Positions 19,330 through 30,069 of a stretch of 64,000 bases of DNA are shown here, one piece after another (position 1 is the first letter of the stretch; each line of letters opens with the position of its first letter). Below the pieces are notes generated by a model that saw nothing but the letters and a program-made list of their open reading frames with translations, was not told the DNA's origin and ran no database searches. The position numbers and the translations under genes are program-made. Location of the stretch: positions 1,664,001 to 1,728,000 of the forward strand of contig CBDEUK010000002.1 in NCBI GenBank assembly GCA_965243205.1. The letters are read 5' to 3'. This stretch comes from Gammaproteobacteria bacterium. Lineage in GTDB: Bacteria; Pseudomonadota; Gammaproteobacteria; Eutrophobiales; Eutrophobiaceae.

Positions 19330-21345
19330 ATGATATCCATTGCGTATATTCCTATCGGATTAGGTGTTCTTGGCCTAATCTCCGCTTTCCTAATATTTGC
19401 TTACATAAAAAAATCCCCCGCCGGTGACGGAAAATTAAAAGAAATCGCTGATGCTATTCACTTAGGTGCAATGGTATTCATGAACAGTGAATACAAACGC
19501 CTAGCGATCTTTTGTTTTATCTGTATTGCCGCAATCGCAACCTCAGATCTAGGTATGAATACAGCTTTAGCTTTCCTATTAGGTGCGGTCTGCTCTGGAA
19601 CTGCGGGTTATTGGGGTATGTATACTGCGACGCATGCAAATGTACGAACCGCTGTTGCTGCCAATACTGAAGGCGCTGCAGAAGCATTAAATATCGCATT
19701 TTTTGGCGGTTCAATTATGGGCCTCACTGTCGCTGCAATGGGTTTATTTGGTATTGGAATTCTTTATCACTTCTTCGCTGGTGACCCGCATACGGTTCAC
19801 GCAATAGAAGGATTTGCAATGGGCGCATCTTCCGTTGCTTTATTCTCTCGCGTTGGTGGTGGAATCTTTACCAAGAGTGCCGATGTCGGCGCTGACCTTG
19901 TTGGAAAAGTTGAAGCTGGCATTCCTGAAGACGATCCACGTAACCCTGGGGTTATTGCAGATAATGTAGGTGACAATGTGGGTGATGTTGCAGGTATGGG
20001 TTCGGACATTTTTGAATCGTATTGCGGTTCGATGATTGCAACTATTGCTTTGGCCACGACCATGAGCTTAACTGAAGTTAGCAAGCTAGCCCCTGGTGGT
20101 GATAGCGGCACTCTAACTTTTATGCCACTGGCATTAGCATCTGCTGGCTTAATTTGTTCTATGCTTGGCATTTTAATGGTTAAAATATTTTCCTCCAAAA
20201 GTCCAGAAACTGCTTTGCGTTTTGGAACGATGGGTGCTTCTATTCTATTTATCATTGCTGCATATTTTCTAATCCAACAGATGGGTGCAGCACATTTAGT
20301 ATGGATAGCTGTATTAAGCGGTGCTGTAGGTGGCATCGTGATTGGCCTAGTAACAGAATTCTACACTGGCGGTTCGCCTATTAGAAAGATCGCCCAAGGT
20401 GGTGAGACTGGCGCCGCAACCGTTATGATCTCAGGTTTAGCTACGGGTATGCAATCCGTCGCCATACCAGTTATTACAATCTGCGCTATCATTTTTACTG
20501 CTAGTCACTTTGCCGGTTTATATGGAGTGGGAATCGCTGCGGTCGGTATGTTGAGTACAGTCGGCATCACCATGGCTATCGATGCTTATGGACCAGTCGC
20601 CGATAACGCAGGTGGCATCGCTGAAATGGCCGAGCTTGGAAAAGAAACTCGTGAAATTACAGACTCTTTAGATGAGGTTGGCAATACAACAGCTGCTATA
20701 GGCAAAGGCTTTGCAATTGGTGCGGCGGCTTTAGCTGCGCTTGCTCTGATTAGTGCTTTCATAGAAAAAATCGTCGCACACAATCCTGGGTTTGTTTTGC
20801 AAATCAATGATCCTCTTGTATTAAGTGGCATGTTCCTTGGTGGTATTTTTCCATTTATTGTCAGTGCATTAACCATGACAGCGGTTGGTGATGCTGCTTT
20901 TGATATGATCAAAGAGATTCGTCGCCAATTTAAGGAAATACCTGGCTTAATGGAAGGCACAGGCAAACCTGATACAGCTCGTTGTGTAGATATTGCTACT
21001 ACCGCTGCTTTAAAACGCATGATTATTCCAGGTTGTTTAGCTGTCTTGGCACCAGTTGTCGTTGGGTTTATCTTAGGCCCTAAAGCATTAGGCGGTATGT
21101 TAGGTGGCGCATTAATTTGCTGTGTAATGATGGCTTTAATGATGGCAAATGCTGGTGGTGCATGGGATAACGCCAAGAAGTTTGTCGAAAAAGGTAACTT
21201 TGGAGGCAAGGGCTCTGAAGTACATAAAGCCGTTGTTGTTGGTGATACTGTTGGCGATCCTTTAAAAGATACCTCAGGCCCTGCGATGAACATTTTAATT
21301 AATGTTATGGCAATCGTAAGTTTGGTTATAGCACCTTTACTTTAA
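19330..21345 (+). CDS. hppA: Membrane-bound K+-dependent, probably Na+-translocating pyrophosphatase
   Basis: [32 protein letters not shown] (Ala signature of K+ dependence), [10 protein letters not shown]. Confidence 0.93.
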   Translation: MISIAYIPIGLGVLGLISAFLIFAYIKKSPAGDGKLKEIADAIHLGAMVFMNSEYKRLAIFCFICIAAIATSDLGMNTALAFLLGAVCSGTAGYWGMYTATHANVRTAVAANTEGAAEALNIAFFGGSIMGLTVAAMGLFGIGILYHFFAGDPHTVHAIEGFAMGASSVALFSRVGGGIFTKSADVGADLVGKVEAGIPEDDPRNPGVIADNVGDNVGDVAGMGSDIFESYCGSMIATIALATTMSLTEVSKLAPGGDSGTLTFMPLALASAGLICSMLGILMVKIFSSKSPETALRFGTMGASILFIIAAYFLIQQMGAAHLVWIAVLSGAVGGIVIGLVTEFYTGGSPIRKIAQGGETGAATVMISGLATGMQSVAIPVITICAIIFTASHFAGLYGVGIAAVGMLSTVGITMAIDAYGPVADNAGGIAEMAELGKETREITDSLDEVGNTTAAIGKGFAIGAAALAALALISAFIEKIVAHNPGFVLQINDPLVLSGMFLGGIFPFIVSALTMTAVGDAAFDMIKEIRRQFKEIPGLMEGTGKPDTARCVDIATTAALKRMIIPGCLAVLAPVVVGFILGPKALGGMLGGALICCVMMALMMANAGGAWDNAKKFVEKGNFGGKGSEVHKAVVVGDTVGDPLKDTSGPAMNILINVMAIVSLVIAPLL

Positions 21346-21354
21346 TCGTACATT

Positions 21355-21388
21355 ACTCAGACACATGAAAAACATGTGTCTGAGTTTT
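21355..21388. terminator. Hairpin terminator between convergent genes
   Basis: ACTCAGACACATG-aaaaa-CATGTGTCTGAGT followed by T's. Confidence 0.85.
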
Positions 21389-24300
21389 ATTTTAAAACTT
21401 TTAATGTTGGGGCTTTTCTGTTTAAAGTTTGTGGCTGGCTATCTAATGGCATAGGCTTACCAAATAAATATCCTTGAGCAGTATGACAACCAATATTTTC
21501 TAGATATTCTAATTGCTGTTTTGTTTCCACACCTTCTGCTGTTACTCTTATATTCAAATTCTTAGCTAAATTCACGATAGCTTCACAAATAGCAGCATCA
21601 CTCGGATCAGTTAAAATATCTCGAGTGAATGATCGATCAATTTTTAATACACTGATTGGGAATTTCTTTATATATGCTAATGATGAATAACCCGTACCAA
21701 AATCATCTAGTGAAATACTCAAGCCAAGATCACATAATTCTGTAAGGATTTTTTCACTACTTTCAGGATCACTCATTAAAATACTTTCTGTAATTTCTAA
21801 ATCGATCAATCTCGGCTCAAGACCCACCTTAAAAATCGTATCTTGTATGGATTTAACTATATCAGCTTGTTGAAACTGTCTAGCAGATAAATTAATAGAG
21901 ATTCTTATTTCTGAATTATTCTGTTTCGATAAATCTTTAATTTTTTGACAAGCCGTTTCTAAAACCCATAAACCAACAGAATTTATTAAACCCGTTTCTT
22001 CAAGAATAGGAATGAAATCTAAAGGAGAAACCAAGCCTAACTCATCGTGATACCATCGTAGTAATGCTTCATAACCAATCAATTCATTTGAGTTTATATC
22101 AACTAATGGTTGGTAATAAATCATGAAATCATTATTTTTCGCAGCAACCCTAAGTTTATTTTCGAAAGATAGTTGTTGTAGCGATCTTTCATTCATTTGT
22201 TTAGTATAAAATTTATAGTTATTACGACCAGCGGCTTTAGCTGAATACATAGCTGCATCTGCATTCTTCAATAATGTGGCAATGTCATCACCATCCTCTG
22301 GAAATAAACTTATACCGATACTAGGACTAATAATAATTTCTTGACGGTCTAAATCGAACGGCCTTGCAAGAGAAGCAATTATATTATTTGCGACACGTGA
22401 TACAGAACTACTACTTTTTACATCACTTAGTAATACCGTAAACTCATCACCGCCCAAACGGGCAACAGTATCTGAATCTCTTACACACTCAACAAGCCTA
22501 TCTGCAACATCTCTTAGTAACCTATCCCCTGCATCATGTCCTAAAGAGTCATTAACATATTTAAATCGGTCAAGATCGATAAACAATAATGCAATTTTAG
22601 AATCTACTCTTTTAGCCTTTTTATAACCATGTTCCAATCGATCCATAAATAATGAACGGTTTGGCAATCCTGTCAAAGTATCAAAATTAGCCAGTTTTTT
22701 TAATTCGATTTCTGTTTCCTTTTTAACAGTAATATCTTCATATAACCAAATTGATCCTTTCTCTGGCTTACCTTCCACAATCGATTTTGCAGATATAGCA
22801 CACCAAAAATATTCGCCTTCTTTTCGCTTAACTTTCCATTCACTTGAATAAGTCTCTCCTTTTCTTAATAAAGGATAAGCAAGTTCTCCAAGAGTATCGA
22901 AATCGTTAATATCAGAAAACAAAACCTCTGTAGTTAAACCTTCCAACTCATCTCGTTTATAACCGAATAACTCTTCAAACTTTTGGTTAACTGAAATAAA
23001 TTTTCTGTCCACAAGATGAGCGATACCAACTAAAGCGTTTTCAAGAATGGCCCTTGTGTGATGTTCACTTTCTTCTAACGCATCTTTTGCAGAAGATAGT
23101 TCTTTGATTAATTTCTGGTTGCTTTCAGCAAATCGATTAAAATCACTAGCGACATTTAAAAATTCATCCTGAGAAAAATCATCCAACTTTAATCGAACTG
23201 TAAATTCTCCGCTGATCAATTTACTCATGCCATTTTTTATTTTTTCTAATGGGATATTAATTCTATTTACTACATAATTAATCCCAAATAAGATAATCAT
23301 AACAACGACAAAACTTGCAACACTAACAAGCAAATTACTTGCTTCATTTAGCTTATATGTCTTTCCACTTATAGAATTCGATAGATCCACCGTATAATGA
23401 GATAATTTCTCAAGATCATTCATCATTTTTTTCACCGATAAGTGCAACATATCAGTGTTTTGTTTTGATATATCTTTCTGTTCTAGATTTTTTAACCGTA
23501 ACTCATAAATTGAATCATCAAACTTATTAGCAATTAAAATCTCAAACAAATGATCAATGGAAACATTCAAATAGTTAATTTTTTCTAGCAATAACGGATA
23601 TCCTTGTAAATCATTTTCCATCCAACCTAAAGCGGTATTAATGATATTTATATTTTGAATGATTTCATTATCTCGAATACCTACTAGTGCATCCTTTTCG
23701 GTTTCTTGAATAATTTTTCTACTTAATTGAACCATCTGACCAACACTCATCTGCACTTGATTACTGGCCTTTAAAATTCTTGGGTTATCGCCAGCATAAA
23801 CTCCATGCATAGCCTCTATTACTAATAATTCATTATTATTTTCTTCAAGTACTTTCCTTAATTTCCGCCTTGCTTTACTGTTTTCTAATTGAATAATGCC
23901 GCCAATATTTTCTGCAGAATTTGATATTTTTTGCACAAACAACTCTAATTGAAGTGCTTTTAATCGAAGCAGACCATCGATATCTAATATATTTTTTTGA
24001 GTATCAGTTATAACCTGATCGAATTTTTTAAATGTTAAATAATCAGCTTCTAATTGTTCAATAATCGATATAGCAAGTTCATCATCCTCAAATAAATTTC
24101 TTATTTTTTTTAATTCTATTTCAAATTTTTCTTCTAAGTCTTTTCTATCTTTATATTTATCTATTTCGGAAGAAGTTTTTGCAGAAATAATATTTGATTT
24201 TCTCAATATAAAACTGCTCATTATTTCTATTAATTTCGAACTTACTTTTTCTATCTCTATAGCTTTTTCAATATTGCTATGATGCCTCTGATTAACCCAT

Positions 24301-24401
24301 TTATTGGTTAAGATAACTGAAAAAACCAACAAGAATATAATAGCTGAGCAACCTAGAGCCCAATTGGTCAATAATTTTTTTATACTTAATTGTTTAAACA
24401 T
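21387..24401 (-). CDS. Membrane sensor with HAMP-PAS-GGDEF-EAL domains (c-di-GMP cyclase/phosphodiesterase)
   Basis: Two TMs flanking a large helical periplasmic domain; RDSD I-site, GGDEF, EALLR and DDFGTGYSSL all intact. Confidence 0.92.
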   Translation of the reverse strand: MFKQLSIKKLLTNWALGCSAIIFLLVFSVILTNKWVNQRHHSNIEKAIEIEKVSSKLIEIMSSFILRKSNIISAKTSSEIDKYKDRKDLEEKFEIELKKIRNLFEDDELAISIIEQLEADYLTFKKFDQVITDTQKNILDIDGLLRLKALQLELFVQKISNSAENIGGIIQLENSKARRKLRKVLEENNNELLVIEAMHGVYAGDNPRILKASNQVQMSVGQMVQLSRKIIQETEKDALVGIRDNEIIQNINIINTALGWMENDLQGYPLLLEKINYLNVSIDHLFEILIANKFDDSIYELRLKNLEQKDISKQNTDMLHLSVKKMMNDLEKLSHYTVDLSNSISGKTYKLNEASNLLVSVASFVVVMIILFGINYVVNRINIPLEKIKNGMSKLISGEFTVRLKLDDFSQDEFLNVASDFNRFAESNQKLIKELSSAKDALEESEHHTRAILENALVGIAHLVDRKFISVNQKFEELFGYKRDELEGLTTEVLFSDINDFDTLGELAYPLLRKGETYSSEWKVKRKEGEYFWCAISAKSIVEGKPEKGSIWLYEDITVKKETEIELKKLANFDTLTGLPNRSLFMDRLEHGYKKAKRVDSKIALLFIDLDRFKYVNDSLGHDAGDRLLRDVADRLVECVRDSDTVARLGGDEFTVLLSDVKSSSSVSRVANNIIASLARPFDLDRQEIIISPSIGISLFPEDGDDIATLLKNADAAMYSAKAAGRNNYKFYTKQMNERSLQQLSFENKLRVAAKNNDFMIYYQPLVDINSNELIGYEALLRWYHDELGLVSPLDFIPILEETGLINSVGLWVLETACQKIKDLSKQNNSEIRISINLSARQFQQADIVKSIQDTIFKVGLEPRLIDLEITESILMSDPESSEKILTELCDLGLSISLDDFGTGYSSLAYIKKFPISVLKIDRSFTRDILTDPSDAAICEAIVNLAKNLNIRVTAEGVETKQQLEYLENIGCHTAQGYLFGKPMPLDSQPQTLNRKAPTLKVLK

Positions 24402-24404
24402 AAA

Positions 24405-25640
24405 TCATCCTTGGTTTATATTTTCTTGTATTCTAAAACGTATATTTTTTTCTATATACAATTCTTCAAATACACCGTCTATGATTCTCATTGGCCATAC
24501 TTTATGCACAGCTTGGTTTATATTTTTGCCAAAATTAATATCTATTCCTAATCCTATATCTAGAGCCTTAATTTCATAAATAGAATTGACAATACTTTCT
24601 CTAGTGATATCTCCTTTAATCTTTTTTAAACCTTCAACAAATATTTTAGCGATAATATAACCTTCGAATGAAATAAAGCCTGGAGTAACTTGAGAATCAT
24701 ACAATGAAAGATATTTTTTATATTCTGAAGCTATCAAAAGATTAGAATTAAAATGTGGTACTACTTGAGTAACAATAACTCCTTCAGCATCATCACCAAG
24801 TTCATTTAATAAGGATAAACTACCTACAAACGATAAATTTAAAAATTGAACGTTTGGCAATTCTTTTTTAGCAAGTTTAATAAATTTTGCAGATGGCGCA
24901 TATCCACCAGCTAATATAATAACTTTTGGTTCGACTTCAGCGTCTAATATAGTTGCTAACGCCGCTTCTACATTCAACGTATTTCGAGAATATCTTCCAT
25001 GCGCAAGCCTATTGGTTTCATAAAATCCATACTCTTCTAAAGCTGCTGTTGCTCCACGATATCCTGCATCACCATAACCATCTTTTTGTGTAAAAAAAGC
25101 GATTTCTTCAGGTTTGATTCCTTGATTAATGATCCAATCGATCATCGTTGCAGCTTCTTCGTAATAACTCGCACGATAATTAAAAATATATTGTTGTTCT
25201 GATTGTTTTCTTAACAATGACGCACCAGTAACCGAACCAAATAATACTGTTTTTGATTCTTGAATGATTGGAACCGTCACTATCGCTGTAGGCGTACCAA
25301 CATTACCTATTAATGCTAATACATTCTCTTTTTCAATTAGTTCTCGTGTATTAGGTGCCGCAAGCTTTGGTTCATAACGATCGTCTTTAACGATCAATTT
25401 TAATTTACGACCTTTAATACCACCTTCGTGATTTATTTTTTTAAAATACGTCTCTATTCCAATACGAACATTTTTCCCAATATCTTCTAAAGGGCCACTC
25501 AAGGCAGTCGACATGCCTATACGTATTTCCTCAGCAAAAAGAATATTAGGGTATAAACTGAAGGCGAGAAGAAGGGTAAGAAAGTACCTATAAGGCAACT
25601 TTGCCTGAAAATCCGATTTTTCGATGGTAGGTATACTCAA
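24405..25640 (-). CDS. LivJ-like (type 1) periplasmic binding protein
   Basis: IRIGMSTALSGP, GGIKGRKL, DDRYEP, GNVGTPT and FNYRASY motifs. Confidence 0.85.
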   Translation of the reverse strand: MSIPTIEKSDFQAKLPYRYFLTLLLAFSLYPNILFAEEIRIGMSTALSGPLEDIGKNVRIGIETYFKKINHEGGIKGRKLKLIVKDDRYEPKLAAPNTRELIEKENVLALIGNVGTPTAIVTVPIIQESKTVLFGSVTGASLLRKQSEQQYIFNYRASYYEEAATMIDWIINQGIKPEEIAFFTQKDGYGDAGYRGATAALEEYGFYETNRLAHGRYSRNTLNVEAALATILDAEVEPKVIILAGGYAPSAKFIKLAKKELPNVQFLNLSFVGSLSLLNELGDDAEGVIVTQVVPHFNSNLLIASEYKKYLSLYDSQVTPGFISFEGYIIAKIFVEGLKKIKGDITRESIVNSIYEIKALDIGLGIDINFGKNINQAVHKVWPMRIIDGVFEELYIEKNIRFRIQENINQG

Positions 25641-25742
25641 TTGTTAACCACTTCAGTTACTAACAAATCGTATAAAAATTAATTTTTTATTTAAGTTTAG
25701 ATAATGAATCTAAGATTATCGACTTTTTGAGAAATTTATTGA

Positions 25743-26444
25743 CTATTTTTTTAATAATTTTAAATACTTCACACCACCCAAGCTTTTGATAGCCATTTCT
25801 ATCTTAGATGATCTCTTTACTACATATTTCGATGGATTCTCAATCAACATTTTCTTCGGATTAGGTAGAACTGCCGCTAATAAAGATGCCTCTCTTATTG
25901 TCAATTTTTCAGCTGATTTATCGAAAAATATCTGGCTTGCAATTTCAGCACCGTAGATACCTTGACCGAATTCAACAACGTTAAGATAAACCTCTAAAAT
26001 TCTCTGCTTAGTCCAAAAAAGTTCTATTAAAACAGTAAAGTAAGCTTCAACAGCTTTTCTAAAATAACTTCTGGTTGGCAGTAAATAAAGATTTTTAGCT
26101 AATTGTTGTGAAATGGTGCTCGCACCGCGTATACGCGTACGGTCTTCTGCAAGAGCAGTTTGAATGGAGTCAAAATCAAATCCGTAATGGTGTGGAAATT
26201 TTTGATCTTCTGAGGCAATAACAGCGATCGCTAAATATGGTGAAATTTTATCTATTGAAACCCATCGATATTGGATATCAACTTCATTAACAATTTTTTC
26301 ATGTAGCATAAATGCCGTGATTGGCGGTGGAAACCATCGCCAAGGCAATACTAATATAACGCCGATAAATACAACGAATAGAATAATAAACAATAATGTA
26401 AAACAACATTTATCCCATAATGAAGACGTTTTAGATTGGCTCAC
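25743..26444 (-). CDS. mtgA: Monofunctional peptidoglycan transglycosylase
   Basis: EDQKF..H.GFD, RGASTISQQLAKNL, RK..E and YLN.VEFG motifs. Confidence 0.95.
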   Translation of the reverse strand: MSQSKTSSLWDKCCFTLLFIILFVVFIGVILVLPWRWFPPPITAFMLHEKIVNEVDIQYRWVSIDKISPYLAIAVIASEDQKFPHHYGFDFDSIQTALAEDRTRIRGASTISQQLAKNLYLLPTRSYFRKAVEAYFTVLIELFWTKQRILEVYLNVVEFGQGIYGAEIASQIFFDKSAEKLTIREASLLAAVLPNPKKMLIENPSKYVVKRSSKIEMAIKSLGGVKYLKLLKK

Positions 26445-26464
26445 TGAAAATTATTATTCACAAA

Positions 26465-27730
26465 TTAAACATCAAAACTCGTTGGTAATTTTTTCTCAAC
26501 TAAAATATTTTTTAACTGAACATAGTCAGGCATGCCATTATGATAAGGAGGGTAATCTTCACCTTGAACCAATGGTAATAAATAATCTCGACATGCTTGA
26601 GTGATCCCAAACCCGTCATCACTGATAAATTCATTAGGCATAAATTTTTCAACATTAGCAACTTCTGACAACGGAGCCGAAACTATTTCCCATTGATAAG
26701 GGTTATTAGACAAACGCTTTATTGCTGGCATAATTGCATTTGAACCAGAAAGAGCTAATTCAACCGCTGCTTTACCAACAGCATAAGCCTGATCTACATC
26801 TGTTTTAGAAGCAATGTGTCGAGCTGAACGTTGTAAATAATCAGCAACAGCCCAATGAAATTTATAACCTAATGATTCTTTAACCATATTTGCCACAACT
26901 GGAGCAGCTCCACCCAATTGAGCATGCCCAAAAGCATCCTTGGTGCCTTGTTCAGCTAGAAACGTACCATTAGGCCAACGCGCACCTTCTGAAACAACAA
27001 CTGTACAATATCCAAAACGATTAACATTTTCTTTTACTCTGGAAATAAACTCATCTTGTTTAAAATCAACTTCGGGAAAAAGAATGACAATGGGTATATC
27101 ATTTTTTTCATCAGCAGCCAGACCACCTGCGGCAGCGATCCAACCAGCATGGCGTCCCATAACTTCGATAACAAAAACCTTAGTCGAAGTTTTTGCCATT
27201 GAAACAACGTCGTATGAAGCTTCTCTAGTGGATACAGCAATATACTTTGCAACTGAGCCAAACCCTGGACAGTTATCTGTAATAGGTAAATCGTTATCGA
27301 CAGTCTTAGGTACATGCACAGCTTGGATTGGATAACCTAAGTTTTCGGACAATTGGGAAATCTTATGGCATGTATCGGCAGAGTCTCCACCGCCATTGTA
27401 GAAAAAATAACCAATATTATGTGCTTTAAATACTTCTATGAGTCTTTCGTATTCGGCTTTGTTTTCTTCAAGGCTCTTAAGTTTATATCGACACGATCCA
27501 AAGGCGCCCGACGGTGTATGCCTTAATGCCGCAATATCTTCATTGGACTCTAAATTAGTATCAATTAGTTGTTCTGTTAAAGCACCAATAATTCCATTTT
27601 TGCCAGCGTAAACAGTACCAATTTTATCTTTATGTGCTCGAGCTGTTTCAATAACACCACAGGCACTCGCATTAATTACTGCTGTTACCCCACCCGATTG
27701 TGCATAAAATGCATTTTTTATATCGCTCAT
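26465..27730 (-). CDS. pfp: 6-phosphofructokinase, probably PPi-dependent
   Basis: QSGG, GGGDS (Asp at the PPi/ATP-determining position), PKTVDND, MGRHAGW. Confidence 0.85.
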   Translation of the reverse strand: MSDIKNAFYAQSGGVTAVINASACGVIETARAHKDKIGTVYAGKNGIIGALTEQLIDTNLESNEDIAALRHTPSGAFGSCRYKLKSLEENKAEYERLIEVFKAHNIGYFFYNGGGDSADTCHKISQLSENLGYPIQAVHVPKTVDNDLPITDNCPGFGSVAKYIAVSTREASYDVVSMAKTSTKVFVIEVMGRHAGWIAAAGGLAADEKNDIPIVILFPEVDFKQDEFISRVKENVNRFGYCTVVVSEGARWPNGTFLAEQGTKDAFGHAQLGGAAPVVANMVKESLGYKFHWAVADYLQRSARHIASKTDVDQAYAVGKAAVELALSGSNAIMPAIKRLSNNPYQWEIVSAPLSEVANVEKFMPNEFISDDGFGITQACRDYLLPLVQGEDYPPYHNGMPDYVQLKNILVEKKLPTSFDV

Positions 27731-27869
27731 TATTGCCTCTTTTGTATTACCGTTTTTGATATAAAGTTAACATTATCATGTTAAAATATGTTGAAGTATT
27801 GAGATACTAAATGTGAACTTAAATCTTTCAAAACTCTCAAATTATTCATTCAATTGTGACAAATTACGC

Positions 27870-29315
27870 ATGAAATTCCGAGAGTATATTTTATTATTTT
27901 TTCTGATTTCTTTACCTTTATCTGCCTTTGAAGATCAAAACCTTCCTGATATAGGTGATTCATCTGGCTCCCTAATCTCTCCTGAATTTGATCGTCGATT
28001 AGGCAATGCTTTTCTACGCGAAGTTAGGCGTACAACTAGACTTGTCTACGACCCTGAGGTTGAAGCCTATATTGATTCTATTGGTTATCGCCTTGCTACT
28101 AATAGCGACAATAATCGTCAATTATTTACTTTTTTCGTAATCGATAACTCAATGATCAATGCTTTTGCAGGGCCTGGCGGTGTAATCGGCATTAATAGTG
28201 GTGTGATTTTAAGTTCTCATACCGAAAGCGAACTTGCTGGCGTAATAGCTCATGAAATCGCTCACGTTACGCAACGACATTTGGCCAGATCATTTGAACA
28301 AGCTAGTAAATTTAGCATTCCCACCGCTGCAGCATTAATTGGATCAATTATTTTAGGCACACAAAATCCTGAGGCGGGCGCTGCTGCCTTACAAGCAACG
28401 ATAGGCATCAGTACTCAGGCCCAAATTAACTTCACTCGGGCGAACGAAAAAGAAGCGGACAATATCGGCATGCAACTATTAGTACGTTCAGGTTTTGATC
28501 CATACGGCATGCCCGGATTTTTTGAAAAGTTACAACAAGGCTCTAAATATTATTCAGGTAATGCACCAGAGTTTTTACGTACTCACCCGCTTACTAGCTC
28601 TCGTATTGCAGAATCTCAAGCCAGAGCCGCTGAATATCCTGCTGTAAAGCCGATTAATTCAGAATCATATTTCCTGATTCGAACAAAACTGCATGTGAAT
28701 TCATTTGCCAAACCCAAACAAGCTGTTGCTGAATATTTAGAACGCCTGCAAATTGCTAACTCTACTTCTGAGTTTTCAATCGCACGATATGGTTATGCAC
28801 TAGCCTTGTTAAGAGACAAACAATTTAAACCTGCTCAACAACAAATAAAAAAACTATTAGAGAAAGATCCGCATAACAGCTCTTATTTACTTACTTCAGC
28901 TAATATTGAATCTGAAGCAGGCAACTATACTAAGGCAATTAAAATATATAAAGATATGGAAAATCTATATCCTGATTACCGACCATTGATACTCAACTAT
29001 GCAAAAACTCTATTGGATTTTGAAAAACCCGACCAAGCACGGTTAGTTCTTTTAGCTTATGGTCGTAATCATGACTCAGATATCAGTTATCTAAATTTAT
29101 TATCTCAAGCAGAAGCGCAAGCTGGATATGAATCTGAGTCACATATCGTAAAATCAGAATTTTATTATCTATTAGGTGATACTGAATTAGCTATAAGACG
29201 TTTACGCTTAGCAGAAAAACAAAAAGATTTAGATTATTATCAAAGAGAACGTATCAAGGCATTATTAACACAATATGAATATGAACGAGGACTTGAAAAG
29301 GAATTAGAGCTTTAA
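27870..29315 (+). CDS. bepA: M48-family periplasmic metalloprotease/chaperone with TPR repeats
   Basis: LPDIG, INAFA.PGG, HEIAH, E.EAD, THP, TPR tail. ATG at 27870 gives a clean signal peptide. Confidence 0.9.
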   Translation: MKFREYILLFFLISLPLSAFEDQNLPDIGDSSGSLISPEFDRRLGNAFLREVRRTTRLVYDPEVEAYIDSIGYRLATNSDNNRQLFTFFVIDNSMINAFAGPGGVIGINSGVILSSHTESELAGVIAHEIAHVTQRHLARSFEQASKFSIPTAAALIGSIILGTQNPEAGAAALQATIGISTQAQINFTRANEKEADNIGMQLLVRSGFDPYGMPGFFEKLQQGSKYYSGNAPEFLRTHPLTSSRIAESQARAAEYPAVKPINSESYFLIRTKLHVNSFAKPKQAVAEYLERLQIANSTSEFSIARYGYALALLRDKQFKPAQQQIKKLLEKDPHNSSYLLTSANIESEAGNYTKAIKIYKDMENLYPDYRPLILNYAKTLLDFEKPDQARLVLLAYGRNHDSDISYLNLLSQAEAQAGYESESHIVKSEFYYLLGDTELAIRRLRLAEKQKDLDYYQRERIKALLTQYEYERGLEKELEL

Positions 29316-29747
29316 ATGAATAAACGAACTTTTTTAAAAATTTTAACTTTTTCTTTTATTGCATATCCAATTAGAACTCTTGCTGATTGGAACACAAAAG
29401 CTTTTTGGGCTAGCAAACAAGAAAATTCTCTTAAGAATTTATTTCCAGATAAAACGATTACTGAAAGTGATCAAATCTCTATTGGCGTTAACTCGTTTAT
29501 TGAAAATGGCGCTGTGGTACCAATTAAGATAAAAACAGATTTACCCAATGTATCCTCTATTTCAATTTATGTCGAAAATAACCCTAATCCATTAATTGCT
29601 CATTTTGAATTTAGCCCACGTTCTAAAGGGTTCATTGCTACACGTATTAAAGTGGAAAAACCATCAAACATCATGGCATTGGTCAATTCTAACGATCAAT
29701 TATTTTCGTCAACTAAATTCATCGAAGTCGCTGAAGGCGGCTGTTAA
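29316..29747 (+). CDS. soxY: SoxY-like sulfur-carrier protein
   Basis: Tat-like MNKRTFLK, ENGAVVP, NPNP, TRIK, C-terminal GGC. Confidence 0.8.
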   Translation: MNKRTFLKILTFSFIAYPIRTLADWNTKAFWASKQENSLKNLFPDKTITESDQISIGVNSFIENGAVVPIKIKTDLPNVSSISIYVENNPNPLIAHFEFSPRSKGFIATRIKVEKPSNIMALVNSNDQLFSSTKFIEVAEGGC

Positions 29748-29754
29748 TAATAAC

Positions 29755-30069
29755 ATGGCTTCAACGATTAAAATTAGAACTTCAGTCAAAGATAATACTG
29801 CCAATGTGCGTTGTATTATACGCCACCCTATGGAAACAGGTTTTCGTATTGATTCTGAAACAAATCAACCAATCCCATTTCATTTTATCAAACATGTCTT
29901 TTGTTATCACAAAGATGAATTAATACTTGAATGTGATTGGAGTAGAGCGGTTTCTAGAAACCCTTATTTAGAATTTGAATTTGAGGGTGCTGAGGTTGGA
30001 GACGAACTATTGATTAAATGGATTGATACTAAAGATAAAGAAGACTCTATTATTATTAATTTAAAATAA
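29755..30069 (+). CDS. soxZ: SoxZ-like protein
   Basis: HPMETG.R, HFI, VS.NPY, W.D. Real start is the ATG at 29755. Confidence 0.85.
   Translation: MASTIKIRTSVKDNTANVRCIIRHPMETGFRIDSETNQPIPFHFIKHVFCYHKDELILECDWSRAVSRNPYLEFEFEGAEVGDELLIKWIDTKDKEDSIIINLK

Noticed and set aside
19797-21293. Long antisense ORFs (179 and 235 aa) opposite hppA, and similar ones opposite tpsA, pfp, proA, aspS and nadA
   Set aside because: These are shadow ORFs caused by codon bias in the well-supported genes on the other strand.
29596-29754. N-terminal extension of SoxZ in the ORF track
   Set aside because: It overlaps soxY in another frame. The ATG at 29755 gives a normal-length SoxZ.
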